Shown here in pieces: positions 1 through 13,540 of a DNA stretch of 64,000 nt (positions are counted from its first letter, which is position 1; each line of letters opens with the position of its first letter). The stretch spans positions 136,650,001 through 136,714,000 of the forward strand of contig NW_024704742.1 in assembly GCF_018977255.1 (NCBI RefSeq). Reading direction: 5' to 3'. The position numbers and the translations under genes were made by a program. The notes under the pieces are model-generated. The model did no database searches and was not told the DNA's origin. It was given only the letters and a program-made list of their open reading frames with translations. The stretch comes from Callorhinchus milii (Eukaryota).

Positions 1-659
1 AATCCCACAGTACAAGGTACACAGACTAATAATGATCCTTGCTTTTGACACAGCGCCTTAGCATGTCATTGAAATGTCTTGAAGTGATTCACAGGAATTT
101 TTTTGCTATGTAGTGTAATAAGTGTAGGTGAACACAGCAGCCAATTCACATAAAACGACAGCAGCATTTAATAATAATCCTTGCATCTGATACAGCTCCT
201 TATCACATCGTTGAGACGTCTGAAAGCACTTCACAGAATACACTGTAAAGTGGATTGACTGTGTATTTGTGCGCACAGGAGTGTCCTACAAATAGTCGTG
301 GATTGAGTAACCAAATTTTTTTTTAAGCGATTATTACCCAGTAAGCTGCTCCGCGTGAAGGACGTGATATAAATTGTAGTTTCTATATAGCTCCTTTCAT
401 GTTGGTAGCATTTTGGAGCATTTAAGAGCAGCGTCACTTGATGCTGAGTTAGAAAGAGAGAGGATGTGATTGAAGACATGGCCGAAGAGGAAAGTCTTCA
501 GGGATTTGAAGCAACGAGTTGCAGAAATTAGGGGATATGTGGTTGAAAGCACAGACGGTAATTGTGGAACGTAGAGGACGATGGATGTGCAGAAGACTCA
601 AGCCAGTTGAGTGACGGCGGCAGGTAGAGCGGTGAGAAGTGAGCAGAGCAGGGTATAAA

Positions 660-960
660 CTCAGCCAATTTATGTACAGCAATGGCCCACAAATAGTCAT
701 TAAGTGAATGACCAGTTTTGTCTAGGGGATTGTTGGCTAGGACACTGGGAGAAACTCTCTGCTGTTTTTAAATAGGGCCATTTTTCTAACATCCAACTCA
801 ACTGCCAGTTTAATGTCTCATCCGAAGGATGGCACACCTCCCTCCACCCCACCCCAGCAATGCATTGGAGTGTCATCTTAGACAAGGAGCTCAGAGTCCT
901 GACGTGGTGTTTGAACCCACAGATTTCTGACTCAGAGGCGACCAACTAAGCCAGGCTGAA
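660..960 (-). mobile_element. DeuSINE-like SINE (degraded)
   Basis: Reverse complement of the tRNA-like head (ctcagttggt..ctctgagtcagaa..gtgggttcaaac) and the Deu-type core (ccttcggatgagacattaa). Confidence 0.75.
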
Positions 961-1964
961 TAAGAACGAAAGCCTGCATTTCATAGCTTCTTATCGCATC
1001 GAGACATCTCAAAGCTCTTCCTGCTAACGCTCACCCCCCCCCCCCCCCCCCCCAAAAACAATCCCTCGAGTCCTTTGCCATTTTACTTGAATGTTTTTAC
1101 AGTGTTTTAGAATTTGGCTCGGACCCGATAGGCCAAATGGCCCCCTTCTGCTGCACAGTAAAATGAATGTCTGTTTCTAATTTCTCCACACATCCAGCTG
1201 TGAAGTTTTGACACATGAGCTGATGGCTGGGAAGAGCTTGAGATGCTTTGCTTTGATGTGTTGTTCCCACCCTTTGCCATAGCAACACAATGCTGCTTAC
1301 TTCGGGCCGTTTGCAGATGTTAACGGTATAAAGTTTCATATTTCCACCAAAGTAACCCACGAGTCTATTCTTTACAACCTCTCCACAGTTTCCTTGGTTA
1401 CATATGTCATGTGATCTATTATAATAATACTTGCATTTGATGTAATAATATAATAATGATCTTTGTATTTCATACCAAGCCTTTGACTTATGGAGATAGT
1501 CTCAAAGGGCTTTGTAGAATTTAACGTAAAGTGTAGTGACTCTCTATTTTGAAAGCGATCAATTAATACTGTAAACAAACACTTTTGCCAGCAAAATACA
1601 CAGGTCGGTAACATTTCCCCTTTGAGACATTTTCACATTGTAGGGGTTTTGCCCGCACAATAGACAGTCAACTCACTTTACAGTATAATCTATGAAGCGC
1701 TTTGGGACGTCTCAAAAACGTGATAAGGCGCTATATCAAATGCAAGAATTATTATTATTGTAGGTGCTGTGTCAGTTGCGAGGGCTATTCTCTCTGGCTG
1801 TCAAACCATCCCATCTGCATCTGAATGTTCTCAAGCGGATTTTAATGTAATGTCCGCTTAGTTGTGTAATTATTTTTAGTCTATTATCTGGAGACAACCC
1901 TGCTCGCCTCAAGCGATGATCTTTTAGATGGCTCCCAAGCATTCTCGCTAGTGATAATGCTTCT

Positions 1965-2497
1965 CAGATGCTGCAAATGTTCTCTCCCCACAATATTCTC
2001 GGATCACATACCACTGAGAGCTGCACAGACCCATTGCTTGTCAGAGTAACTTCCAGTGGAAAGTTTGAGCTTTCACATCCCTTCACAGCCTCGCCCCACC
2101 TTGCCTCTGCAACCTCCTGCAATCCTTCCCCTTGCTCAGCAAGCACCGGCCTGCACTGTGTCCCCTGCGTTAACCCCCCTCCATCCATCGCTATTCTGTC
2201 TCCGCTCTCTGGATCGCCTTCCCAGAATCTATCCAACTCACACCTTCCTACTTTTAAAGTTTACCTTAGCACTTGTCTCTCTGACTCGCTTTTTGCCTTC
2301 CTCTCCCCCCGCCCAACACTCTTCAAATCCCTCCCCCAAGCTTGGGTTTCCCCCATCTTTAATTAGGGCCTGAAGACCTTTCTCTTTGACCGTGCTTATG
2401 GTCACCTCCCCCCCCGGCTCGGTGTCATGCTCCGCCACTGTCAAGCGCTCTGAGACGCTGCCCTGCATGAGGGGTGGTATATAAATGCAAGTTGTTG
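1965..2497 (+). mobile_element. Old L2 LINE 3' fragment
   Basis: Decayed ORF2 C-terminus, then ctgaagacctttctctttgacc and the tail aagcgctctgagacg..tataaatgcaagttgttg. Confidence 0.75.
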
Positions 2498-2596
2498 ATT
2501 GGTTTCCAGCCAGCTGTCCTCCCTCCGTGTAACGTGCTATAGAAGTGTAACTTGTTCTGTATTTCATTCTGCTGCCTCTTCTGCTTCTCTTCACAG

Positions 2597-2739
2597 CCTT
2601 GAGTACACCAGCCGGGTGGTGAAGACGTTATTGTACAACTTCATAAGGCAGGAGAAATGTCCACCCTCAGGGAGCCGGGTATTTGAGCAGAGCTCTGAGG
2701 GAGGTGGCTTACTGTACGGCTTAGCATCTGGTGTGGCCT
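2597..2739 (+). CDS. DYM: Dymeclin internal coding exon (143 nt, phase 2 in / phase 1 out)
   Basis: Acceptor cttctcttcacAG, donor GTaagt. Translates [47 protein letters not shown], which matches recalled vertebrate dymeclin ([23 protein letters not shown]...[13 protein letters not shown]). Confidence 0.97.
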
Positions 2740-3016
2740 GTAAGTACATTACCTGACGAGGGAGTGGGAAACTATCAAGCGCGGCGCTCTGGGACGCTAC
2801 CGTGTGTGAGGGATGCTATATAAATGCTAGTTGTTGTTACTGTAGTTATTTACTCCAGTTGGAATCAGCCCCATTGTGTGTAAGCAAACAGTGTGGATAA
2901 TTGGTCAACATTCAAATACAAATTGGCTACAGCACCAACCAAAAAATGTTCATGTCCGTGTGCGCAACTGGAATTTTTTGCCAATATTGCAGCCCCATGT
3001 CCACTTCCACATCAAG

Positions 3017-3850
3017 GTGGAGTCCTGTCGCTCAGTGGTTAGAGCACGTGGCTCACAAGCAAGACAGCTGGGTTCGATTCCCAGCAACAACAACAACAAC
3101 AACAAGATTCCATTTATAGAGCGCCTTTCACGTCAGGAGGACGTCCCAAGGCGCTGCACAGTTGGGTCATGACCCGAGCAGGGGGGAAATGGTCAGGGTG
3201 AGGGGAAGGAAGGGAGGGAGAGAGGAGGGGGGAAGTGGTCAGGGTGAGGGGAGGGAAGGGAGGGAGCGAGGAGGAGGAAGAGAGTCGAGAGGGGAGCTGA
3301 AGGCACGGTCAAAGAGAAAGGTTTTGAGACCGGCCTTGAAGGAGGAAAGGGAGGAAGCAAGGCGAAGGCACTGGGGGATGGAGTTCCAGAGCCTGGGGGC
3401 TGAGAGGCTGAAGGCCCGACCACCGATGGTAGGGCGGTTGGGGCGGGGGACGTGGAGCAGACCGGAGCCAGAGGAACGGAGGGTACGGGCAGGTAGGTAG
3501 GGGGATAGTAGGTTGGAGAGGTAGGAGGGAGCAAGGCCGTGAATGGCCTTGTAGGTGAGGATGAGGATCTTGAAATCAATCCTCTGGGGGATGGGGAGCC
3601 AGTGGAGGCGAGCGAGGGTGGGACATTGGGCAAGTTTCCTTACTCCAAATGCCTGATAATAATCCTTCAAGAAAAAAAAATTGGTCACTTCAATCCACGA
3701 CTGTTTGTAGGACGCTGCTGTGCGCAATTGGTTGCCGCATTTTTCCCACAAATATATAGTCAATTCGCTTTACAGTATATTCCTTGAAGCGCTTTGAAAT
3801 GTCTAGAAGACGTGATAAGGTGCTATATCAAATGCAAGGATTATTATTAA
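3017..3850 (+). mobile_element. tRNA(Ala)-headed SINE interrupted by an L2 insertion
   Basis: Head at 3017-3083. Body resumes at ~3624 (cattgggcaagtttccttactcca) and ends in caaggattattatt. Confidence 0.85.
3085..3623 (-). mobile_element. Young 5'-truncated L2 LINE
   Basis: Minus-strand frame PTLARLHWLPIPQRIDFKILILTYKAIHGLAPSYLS..RAFSLSAPRLWNSIP..FKAGLKTFLF is the typical L2 ORF2 C-terminus. (TTG)n tail. Confidence 0.92.
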
Positions 3851-3935
3851 TAAGGCCCAGTGTGGAGTAGTGATAAAGCTTCATCCTCAAATGTGTGTGA
3901 GAAACCCACAGTATATTTATATTGCTTAGGACAGA

Positions 3936-4134
3936 CACGGTGATCCAACCTTTTGACTACTGAGGACCGGATGCCTATTGAGAAATGTCCACGAGCCACA
4001 CAAGCAGTAGTTTGTGTTTCCCTTCCAAAAACATAACATAACATTTGCAGCTTATGGAGGGACCGGGTGGGCCAGATGAAATGGAGGGCGGGGGTGCCGG
4101 ATGTGGCCCGCGGGCCGCCAGTTGGACCACCCTG
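3936..4134. mobile_element. hAT (Charlie-like) non-autonomous DNA transposon / MITE
   Basis: Imperfect 14-bp TIRs cacggtgatccaac / gttggaccaccctg (12/14) and the subterminal ggcccgcgggcc palindrome. TSD is not clean. Confidence 0.6.
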
Positions 4135-5995
4135 GCTAAAGATGTGTTTTAAAACACAAAGTAGTGTCACGTTTCTATGGTAGGCTTTTGGGGTGTTGCT
4201 GAGTTAGTCAGGAACTAAGCAGTGACAGTGACAGACCCCTTGTCTGTTTTATTATAAACAAAGGTTTGCTTATCGCGTGTTTGATGTTTACTTCATCTGA
4301 AAATCCCAAAGCTGAGCAGTTCACTTTCAAAAGTTGGCTCATGGAAAGACAAAATGGCTGACCATTAGGTCATCGGATCACAGCCGACACCACTTCCTGT
4401 GCCTGTGCCACACACAGGAAGTGCCTGATGACCTGAAGTCGGCCGTTTTTATGCGGCAAGTGGACACACGCAGTGAATGTAGTCGTGGCCACTGCAAGGT
4501 TGGAATTGATGAATCTCAAACTGTCACTTTATAACTCGGCTCCACTGTAAAATTTCCTTCTTCTCTTCCCACCCGGATTCGACAATCGATGGGCTTTAAG
4601 ATAACGTTTGGGATAGATTTCAGTTAGTTACTGCAGGGAGAATGTACCACCAGAGAACATTGAAAATCATTTTAATTTATGTTATGAGGTGCAATGTCCA
4701 ATTTCTGTTCAAGTCTCTGTTGCGCTATTTTAAGAGGGGAAGGAAAGAAGATACAGTGCGCTGGTGTGGTACAGTTCATCGTAGCTCCAGTGTGTGGCGC
4801 TACTGCTCAGAAGATCTTCAGATGGAGAAGACCTTTCATGTCATTTTGTTTCCTTCCAGAATACCAATCCTTCCAGTAACAGGAAGTGTGTCAACACCGA
4901 CTTGTGGGAACTCTGTTCCGAAAGTAGATCGAGTCGGTCTGACGTGCTTCTGGGTTCCCGCTTAGATATTGCCAATTTTAGACCACACTCTCTCGTGCGC
5001 TCTCTTGACCTATCTCCTCCCACCAGCCTGTCGTCTGTCTCTTCTGCCATGAGGATGGCGACGTTAGCAATGAGCCTCTCATACGGGAGACAAGCTCGGA
5101 TTTTCAGGAATAATGGAGAGCGAACTCCATTTTCATAACCCCAATTCCCAAATTCTGATCAGACCCTCTTAGGGAAATAGGAAAAGTGGAGCAGGAGGAG
5201 GTCGTTCAGCCCATCAAGTCTGTTCCACCAGGTTTATTAGATCTTGGCAGATATTTTGATCTCAATGCCAACATCCTCTCACAATAATACTGCCCAAATA
5301 TCTATCCATCTCTCGTTTAAACATCTGATCTCACTTATTGTGAGGCAGCAATAGGGGCTCTTCAATTGTGCAATGCTCTGGCCAGCTGTTTGTTCCTCAT
5401 CTCACCGTTGGCCTTAAGCCTTAAGCCACTAAGCCCACTCTCTGTGATTTACCTGCTCATTTGCTCAACACGCTCAAACTCCTTCCACCTTCCCCCCAGC
5501 CCACGCCCCATTGTGTCTGTAAAGTGCTTTGAGATGCTCATTGCGAAAGGCACTATATAAATGCCACCTAGTACCAAACCTAGGCAACTTGGAACCATTG
5601 TGGTCTGTGGCTATGGCTCAGAGTACAACTAGAGTAAAGTTCAGCTCAGCTATCGGAGTTTGGAGACTTTACAGCTTAATTGCTGGGAGTCGAAAGCGAG
5701 ATGGGTCAATGAAAACACCATTGAACACTGTGTGAACCCGCTGGTGAGGCCGTTACTGCTCTTGCACAGATATCTGTCGATCCAAACATTGCCTATAGAT
5801 GGCGCTCGGCCACCTACAGCACTGAGTTTTCACATCCTCAACTCAGTGGAAAACTAATAATAATCCTTGCATTTGCTATAACACCTACAGCATCAAAATG
5901 TCTCAGGAGCATTAATATCAATCGTAGTGACTGTATGTTTGTAGACAAACAAGGCAGCCAATTTGTACACAGCCATGAAGTGAATGGTGAGTTTG

Positions 5996-6330
5996 TGTGA
6001 TGGATTGTAGCTCAGTGGTTAAGAGCACTCGCCTTGCAAACAAGAGGTCCTGGGTTTGATTCCCGGCAGGGCGAAACGTTAGGCAAGTTTCCTTACTCCA
6101 CATGCCTCTGTTTACCTAGTAGTAAGTAGTGACCTGGTTGTTAGTCAATTGGCGGATCGCTTTTCCGAGGGTAATAACGCCTTAAAAATATATTAATTTG
6201 GAAAACTGCTGTGCCCAATTGGCTGCTGCGTTTCGCCCACAAACTATATAATATATTCTGTGAAGCGCTTTGAGACGTCTTGAAGATGTGATAAGGCGGT
6301 ATATCAAATGCAAGGATTCTTATCATTATT
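5996..6330 (+). mobile_element. tRNA(Ala)-headed SINE, near full length
   Basis: A box tagctcagtgg, B box ggtttgattcc, central ctctgtttacctagtagtaagtag, (TTA)n-type tail. Confidence 0.85.
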
Positions 6331-6953
6331 GTCAGCCAGGACTCCCTTCTCTTTAACAATCACCCAGATAGGGCTGGACCTCAATTTAGTATCTTAACTG
6401 AAGGATGGCAACTCTGACACTGCAGAGCTTCCGTAGAATGTCAATCTAGACTAGATCATCTACAAATATTTGTTTTTATTTGTATTGGGGTGGGGGGGGG
6501 GGGGTTAATTTTCATGGATGGGGGGGGTGGAGATTTTCTTTCTTCCCAGGACAAGGTTGATTTTAGTTTGAGTTTCAAGCTTTTCCTTTTGATCCTTTGC
6601 TCTCTTTACAGTGGGTCTGTGTTTGCAATTGATTGCACTTGCAGGCCTTTTGGCTAATGATTGGATGGCGATTTGTCTGATGCTTGATTTCTTCCAATAA
6701 AACAGTTCCGGGAAGGTGAGGGCCAGGCGGTGGTAAAACGTTAGTGGTGTTAAAACATACAACAACAACAAATTACATTTACACCGTGCCTTTCACGTTG
6801 GTAGGACTTCCCAAGGCGTTGGCCAGTCAAGGTTTTGCACCCGAGCTGTGGGTTGGCATCAGGAGGGGGAGAGGACAAATTGTCATGGAATTAGCAGGTC
6901 ACAGAGGAATTAAGAAATAATGAGCTGGTTATATGTATGACACAGTCAATGAT

Positions 6954-7305
6954 TGTGGAGTCCTGTAGCTCTGGTTAGAGCACTTGCTTCGCAAGCTGGT
7001 TTCAATTCCAGGCTGGAGCGAAATGTTGGGCATGTTTCCTTACTTCACACGCCTCTGTTTACTTAGCAGTAAGTAGGATCCCAGTTGTTAGTTGATTAGC
7101 GGATCTCTTTTCCGGGCCTAATTCCTTCAAAAAATAATAATATTAATAAATTGATCAATCCATGACTGTTTGTGAGACGCTGCTGTGCGCAATTGGCTGC
7201 CGCGTTTTGCCCACAAAATATACAGTCAATTCACTTTACAGTGTATTCTTTGAAGCGCTTAGGGATATCTGGATAAGGCGCTGTATCAAATACAAATATT
7301 ATAAT
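6954..7305 (+). mobile_element. tRNA(Ala)-headed SINE, full length
   Basis: Same head, central and tail modules as the other copies. Confidence 0.85.
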
Positions 7306-8554
7306 TAGAGATTTGGTGTGGTGGAACTTTGGAATGTGCCAATGTGTGAGAAACATGCCATGCATCTCTCTGCCTCTCTTCACCTCTCTGCTCTTTCTCT
7401 TTCGCTCTCTATCTCTCTTTTCTACCTTTTCTACCTCCCTATCTCTCTGATTTCCTCGAACTCCACTCCTCTGCTCGCCTCCTCTCAGCTAACACAGTCT
7501 GCAAGTTGTCGTTGATGTTTCTCCTCATTCTTTCTCTGCTTCCCTCTCTCTCCCCTCTGCTCTTTCTCAATTTGAATCAATATCTCTCTCTGCTCTTCAC
7601 CTTTCTTTCCGCTTCTCTCACTCCTTCATTCGCCCCCTTTCCTCTCTCTTATTCCTCTTTCACTAGTTTTCTCTGTTTCTTTTTCTGCTTTCCCTCGTTT
7701 TTTTTCTCCTTTTAACACGTTGCTAGAATCTGCTCCTCCATTTACCTAGACAAAGCACAGCCTGCCACACTGACTGACAAGCATTGTGAAGGATGTTTTG
7801 CCCACTGCTGGTAATAAATCCCTGATCATTGCAGAGGAAAACCGAAGGTGCATTCCATTCTAATCACAGTCTGGATCAATGTAAACAACAACTTGTATTT
7901 ATACAGAGTCTTTTCTCGCAGAATGAACATATTGACAGGCTTGACAGGCTTAACCACATGAACGTATATAGTACCTTTCATTACAAAAGGAGGATATGGG
8001 TGTCTCAAAGTGCTTTAAAACAAAATGGAGGATCTTGCATATATGGCTTTTTCCTTAGAATATCACTTTACAAAGAAATGGGGATTGCTTAAGCCAGGGA
8101 GAGTCAAGGATGTTGACCGAAAACATAATAATAAAAATAATAGATATTGCATTTGATATTGCACCTTATCACGTCATTGATATGGATGATATGTGCGCAA
8201 TTGCGCACATTAGTGTCCCACAAACATACATGGGTTGAATGACCAAATTAGGACAGTTTTGAAGACTGTCCCCTCTTTGTCTCTTTTTAACCTTAAGACA
8301 TAACTCTTCAAACGCATCTATAGCCCCATCCTCCCTTGCTCAGCGTCCAACCTCACCACTGTGCAGTGCTCCAAGACAGTACCCTGGGTGAAGGACGATG
8401 TATAAAAATGCAAGTTGTTGTTGTGTTTGGGAGCGCAATAGCAAGAAAAGATAAAGGGTGGGAATGTAAATAACAAGAAGTTGGATTCATGTAGGGTAGC
8501 GTCCCAGAGCGCTTTACAGTGGCGGAGCACGATGCTGGGAAGGGCGGAGTTTTT

Positions 8555-9283
8555 ATAGATTCATAGAATGTTACGGCACAGAAGGAGGCCATTCGGCCCA
8601 TCGAGTCTGTGCGGCTCTTTGACAGAGCAAGTCATTTTCACTAACCACAATCACCAGCTTTCTCCCCATAACCCTGCAAACCCGTCTTCCCCAGATACCT
8701 ATCCAGTTCTCTCTTAAAAGCTGTTATCGAATCGGACTTCACTGCCCTTTCAGGCAGATCATTCCAAATTCGAACAACTCGCTGAGTGAAAAAATTTATT
8801 CTAACCTCCCCTCAGCTTCTTTTGGTAGATATATTTTGGTAGATATCAGGTCACAGACACACCTACCAGCGGAAACAGCTTTTCCTTATCTAGCCTGTCG
8901 AAACCTTTCATGATCTTGAAGACCTCTATCAGGTCCCCCGCGTAACCTTCTCTGCTCTAATGGGAAAAGTCCTAACTTCTCCAGCCTGTCCTCATAGCTA
9001 AGGTCCCCATTCCTGGTATCATTCTCGTGAATCTCCTCTGCACCCTTTCCAGTGCCTTAATGTCCTTCCTGAAGTGAGGTGCCCAGAACTGGACGCAGTA
9101 CTCCAGCTGAGGCCTAACAAGTGTTTTGTATAGATTAACCATAACCTCCCTACTCTTATACTCTTTGCCCCTACTAATAAAGCTCAGTACACCAAATGCC
9201 TTTTTTACTGCCTTATCTACCTGCCCCGCTACCTTTAATGATTCGCTTACTTGAACACCCAGATCTCTCTGTACGTTCACTCC
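8555..9283 (-). mobile_element. CR1-clade LINE 3' fragment inserted into an older L2 3' end
   Basis: Minus frame QRDLGVQV..LYKTLVRPQLEYCVQFWAPHFRKDIKALERVQRRFTRMIPG, tail ggcctccttctgtgccgtaacattctatga. L2 sequence flanks it at ~8490-8550 and ~9285-9520. Confidence 0.9.
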
Positions 9284-10438
9284 CAGTTGACCGTAGGCGT
9301 GGTCAAAGAGGAAGGTCTTCAGGCATGAACTGAAAATGGAGAAGGAAGAGGCAAGGCGGAGGGATTGAGGGAGAGTGTTCCACAGTTTCAGGACGTAGTG
9401 GCTGAAATTACACCCACTGGTGGTGGAACGGAGGGCATGAGGGACAAGCAGGTGTCTGGAGCCAGTCAAGCAGAGGCAACGAGTAGTGAGTTGGGGAGAA
9501 AGCAGGTGGGAGAGAAATAATTAGATTCAGCCACAGCTCTGCTTCTCTTCCTCAACTGAAAACAGTGCTGTCATTTCCAAATTAGGAATCATTCCCCTTC
9601 CCCCCCCTCCTCCCTCCCCCATTTTGAAGGGGGGGAGAGAGAGAGGAGAGAGAGAGAGGAAAGAGAGGGAACATGATGTCAGATAAGAGGAGCTTTGTTT
9701 ACTAACCAGGCTGCCACAGCCGTTGTACCGCTTCCAGTTGAAGTCAGGACTTGGCGTCAGTCCCAAGAAAGTGCAGCTTCCAAACTGAGTGTCGATGATG
9801 CGTTGCAAGTGACGTGACCTGGGACAAGATATTCGGATTTGTTTTGGGTTTTAATTTCCCTGCTCCTCCCCCGCCAACACCCCCCCGCCCCCCCAGCACA
9901 TTTTTTTTATTTTGGTGTCAACTTTACATGAAAACTTCTCTGGCGCCAATCTTTTCTGGCAGCCAACAGGAGAGTATCTCTACTCACTTTGATGAGCTTT
10001 AGGGCAATGAACCCATCCCTCTGTGAGAGAGCCTCTCCTGTAGAGGGCGAGGACAGGATGCTGAGAATATCTTGCTCTCACCTGAAAAACTACAATTGAC
10101 TCAAAAACGGACCAAAATAGTCCTTCTGCTTCCCCCCCCCATCTGTTATGGACGGTGCATGATAATAATAATCCTTGATTTGATGTAGCTCCTTTCATGC
10201 AAACCTTCTCGAACCATTTCACGAGGAATTACTGTCAAGTGTTGTCACTGTGTATTTGTAGGCAAGCAAGGCAGCCACAGTTTGTGCACAGCAAGGTTCC
10301 CCAAATATACGGACAATTAATCTGCAGGATATCTGACCAGGGAAACCGGTTTAACGCCTGTTCTGAAGGATATCACCTCCGACATTGCACGGCATTAGAT
10401 GGCCAGCCTGGACTGTGAGCTACAGTCCTGCCATGAGG

Positions 10439-10712
10439 TTTCTCTTTGACCGTGCCTTCAGCTCCCCTCTCGACTCTCTTCCCCCTCCTCGCTCCCTCCC
10501 TTCCCTCCCCTCACCCTGACCATTTCCCCCCTCCTCGCTCCCTCCCTTCCCTCCCCTCACCCTGACCATTTCCCCCCTCCTTTCTCCCTCCCTTCCCTCA
10601 CCCTGACCATTTCCCCCCTGCTCGGGTCATGACCCAACTGTACAGCGCCTTGGGACGTCCTCCTGACGTGAAAGGCGCTTTATAAATGGAATCTTGTTGT
10701 TGTTGTTGTTGT
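10439..10712 (+). mobile_element. Young L2 3' end
   Basis: Near-identical to the reverse complement of 3085-3330. Three copies of the ccctcaccctgaccatttcccccc unit; (TTG)n tail. Confidence 0.9.
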
Positions 10713-10713
10713 A

Positions 10714-11165
10714 GGTGTCAGTGAGGCTCAGTTAGTAACACTTGCTGCTGAGGAAGAAGGTTGTGGATTCAAGCCCTAAGTCAGGACTTAGCCTGTACTG
10801 TGAGCTCAGACACTCCAATACAGTGCAGTGGGAGCGCTGCATTGCTGGAGTTGCCATCCTTTAGATGAGACGTTAATACAAGACAAAATTACATTTGTAT
10901 AGGGCCTTTCATGTCGGGAGGACATCCTAAGGTCCTAGGACATCTGTTTGTTCTGAGGGATGTTAAAATCCCATGGCACTATTTGAAAAGAGAAGGGAGC
11001 TTCTCCCGGTGTCCTGGCCAACAATCCCCAATAACAATTAACAAATTAAAGCTGGTCACTCACTTCATGGCTGTTTGTGGAACATTGCTGTATGCAAATT
11101 AGCTGCCAGGTTCACTTACAAAATACGCAGTCACGGTACATCCTTAAGGGGTGCTTTGAGAGGTT
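10714..11165 (+). mobile_element. DeuSINE-like SINE with an internal L2-tail insertion
   Basis: Head gtcagtgaggctcagttagtaacac, core gatgagacgttaa..gatgttaaaatcccatggcactatttgaaaagag. Confidence 0.75.
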
Positions 11166-11549
11166 ACGATGAATATCTGAGCCAAGGTGAGAGCACGACC
11201 AACGGAGACAGAGACTATTTCGTTATTCTGATATTTAGCTCCACAAGTGGAGAAGGCTTCCCAGTGAGTCATTGACTAGAGTGCATCAATTTAAGATTGT
11301 TAACAAATGGAGGCACTTTAGGAGGAATTTTTTCACACACCGAGTGGTTAGGATATGGAATGCTTTGCTGGGAGCTGTGGTTGAGGCAGAATCCATGTTA
11401 GCTTTCAAATGGTAACTGGGTGGATAAAAAAGAGTAAATTACAAGGGTATAAGAAAGGGCTGCAAATGGGGCTGAAAGGATTGCTCTTTAAAAGAGCCAA
11501 CACAGCAGGCGAATGGCTGCATGCTGTGCTGTAGGTTTCTATGGATCTA

Positions 11550-11998
11550 AGCCCTGGCTTAGTGGTAGCGCTCTCACCTCTGAGTCAGAAGGTGGTAGGT
11601 TTGAGTCTCACGTCTGGACTTGGAATCAAATGGTCTAAGATGACACTCCAGTGCTGTGCTGGGGGGGGTGTGTTGCAATGTCGGAGGTGCCGTCCTTCAG
11701 ATGAGATGTTAAACCAAGGTCCCGTCTTGCCTGTTACGATTGGCGTTAAAGATCCCATAGTGCTATTTGAAAAGAGACGGAAATTTCTCTCTCCTGGTGT
11801 CCTGGCCAACAATCCTGCAAATAAAATTAATCACTCACTCCATGGCTGTTTTGTGAGACATTGCTCTGCGCAATTATTCTGCCGCGTTTCACCCACAAAA
11901 TACACAGTCAATCCAATTTACAATGTATCCTGTGAAGTGCTTTGAGATATCTTAACGACATGATAAGGTGCCATTATTAAATGCAAGGATTATTATTA
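11550..11998 (+). mobile_element. DeuSINE-like SINE, near full length
   Basis: tRNA-like head plus Deu-domain-type core gccgtccttcagatgagatgttaaaccaaggtccc..aaagatcccatagtgctatttgaaaagag..gtcctggccaacaat and a (TTA)n tail. Resembles SacSINE1/AmnSINE-type cores as recalled. Confidence 0.85.
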
Positions 11999-12805
11999 AG
12001 GTACTAGCAGTTCAGTGTATTTGGCCAACGTATGTACAAAGGATCTGTTTGCCAAGCAGGAGAACCTGTAGTCTTGGAAACGTTTTTTCCATAGAGCCAT
12101 AAAGAGGTATATCCAAGATAATAGAGTACAGCTACCATTCTCTTGTGCTTCTCTGCCCCCCCCCCCCCCCCCCCCACCCCCTCTTTCTACTATTACCTTT
12201 CATCTCATTAGTGTTGGGGAAGATCAGACAGGATATTGAAAAAGGGATACTCATCACTCCTTATTGATTTTGACAGACCTAGTACTTTGAAGTCTCTCTG
12301 CTAGTCCTCATCTCCTCTCTTTATTTTCAACCTTACTGGTGCCGAGCTTGATCCATTGCTGTAATTTTGTAATAAAAATGATAATCTTTGCATTTCACCC
12401 ACAAAATATCCAGTCAATCCACTTTATAGTATATTCTGTGAAGCGCTTTGAGATGTCCCAACCACGTGATAAGGCGCTATATCAAATGCAATGATTATTA
12501 TTTGATGCAGCGCTTTATCACTTCACCGAAACAACAGATTACATTTATATAGCACCGTTCACGTCAAAAGGGGTCGGCCCAAGGCTCTGACCCAAACTGT
12601 AAATATCTTAAAAGAGCTTCACATGATTCACTGTAAAGTGTTTGTAGGTAAGCATGGCAGCCAGTCTGTACACAATAGATTCCCTCAAAAGTGAATGACC
12701 AATTTTTTGTTGAGGTGGGGATAAGAGTTATTTTGTAAAGAAACTCCTCTTTTCAAATAGTGCCATGGGAATTTGAACAGGCTAGGAGGGACCTCAGTTT
12801 TTTTT

Positions 12806-13160
12806 TGTGAAGTTTTGTGGTTAGTGGTTAGAGCACTCGCCGCACAAGCGAGAGACCTGGGTTTGATTCACGGTCGGAGTGAAACATTGGATACCTTTCC
12901 TTATTCCACACACCTCTGTTTACCTAGCAATAAGTAGGAACCTGATTGTTAGTCAATTGGGGGAATTGCTTTTCCGGGAGTAATAATTCCTTCAAAAAAT
13001 AAATTAAAATAATTTGGTTACTCAATCCACAACGGTTTGTGGGAAGCTGCTGTGCACAATTGGCTGCTGCGTTTTTCCCACAAAATATGTGGTCAAGTAC
13101 TTTGAGTCATCTCGAAGATGTGATAAGGTGCTATATCAAACGATTCTTCTTCTTATAATA
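12806..13160 (+). mobile_element. tRNA(Ala)-headed SINE, full length
   Basis: Head, central and tail modules all present. Confidence 0.85.
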
Positions 13161-13540
13161 TAGTTTACGGTCTCCTCCAAAGGGCGGCAGATTTGACAAT
13201 GTGAAACTCCCATTGTACCGCACTGTAGTGTCAGCCTGAGAGTGAGCTCAAAACCAAGCCGCCAATTTGTAAACTGTTCCCCTCCCTGAAAGGTTCACGA
13301 TGAGTTGCTGTTAAGTGGACTTCCTGTGTCTGGAGCAATACTGGATTCTTCATCTGGGTGTGAGGGGTTTGATAAGGCAATAGGGAGTAACATGTTCCAC
13401 TGGCTGGAGTCAGTAACTTGAGGACATCAATTTAAGATTGTTGCCAAGAGAAACAGTTAGGTTTTATTTCTCACACACACAGGGTTATCGGCATGTGGGA
13501 GGCTGGGCCACAAAGTGCTCCATTACGGCTTTTATAATAT

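Noticed and set aside
4794..5138. 114-aa ORF with a good acceptor at 4859
   Set aside because: Splicing from the phase-1 donor gives an immediate TAA. No recognisable protein similarity and no convincing donor.
5789..5807. CTCF-like motif ttgcctatagatggcgctc
   Set aside because: Single degenerate match that cannot be supported without PWM scoring or ChIP data.
8972..9469. 165-aa minus-strand ORF that looks like a fusion protein
   Set aside because: Chance in-frame junction of an L2 3' remnant and a CR1 fragment inserted into it.
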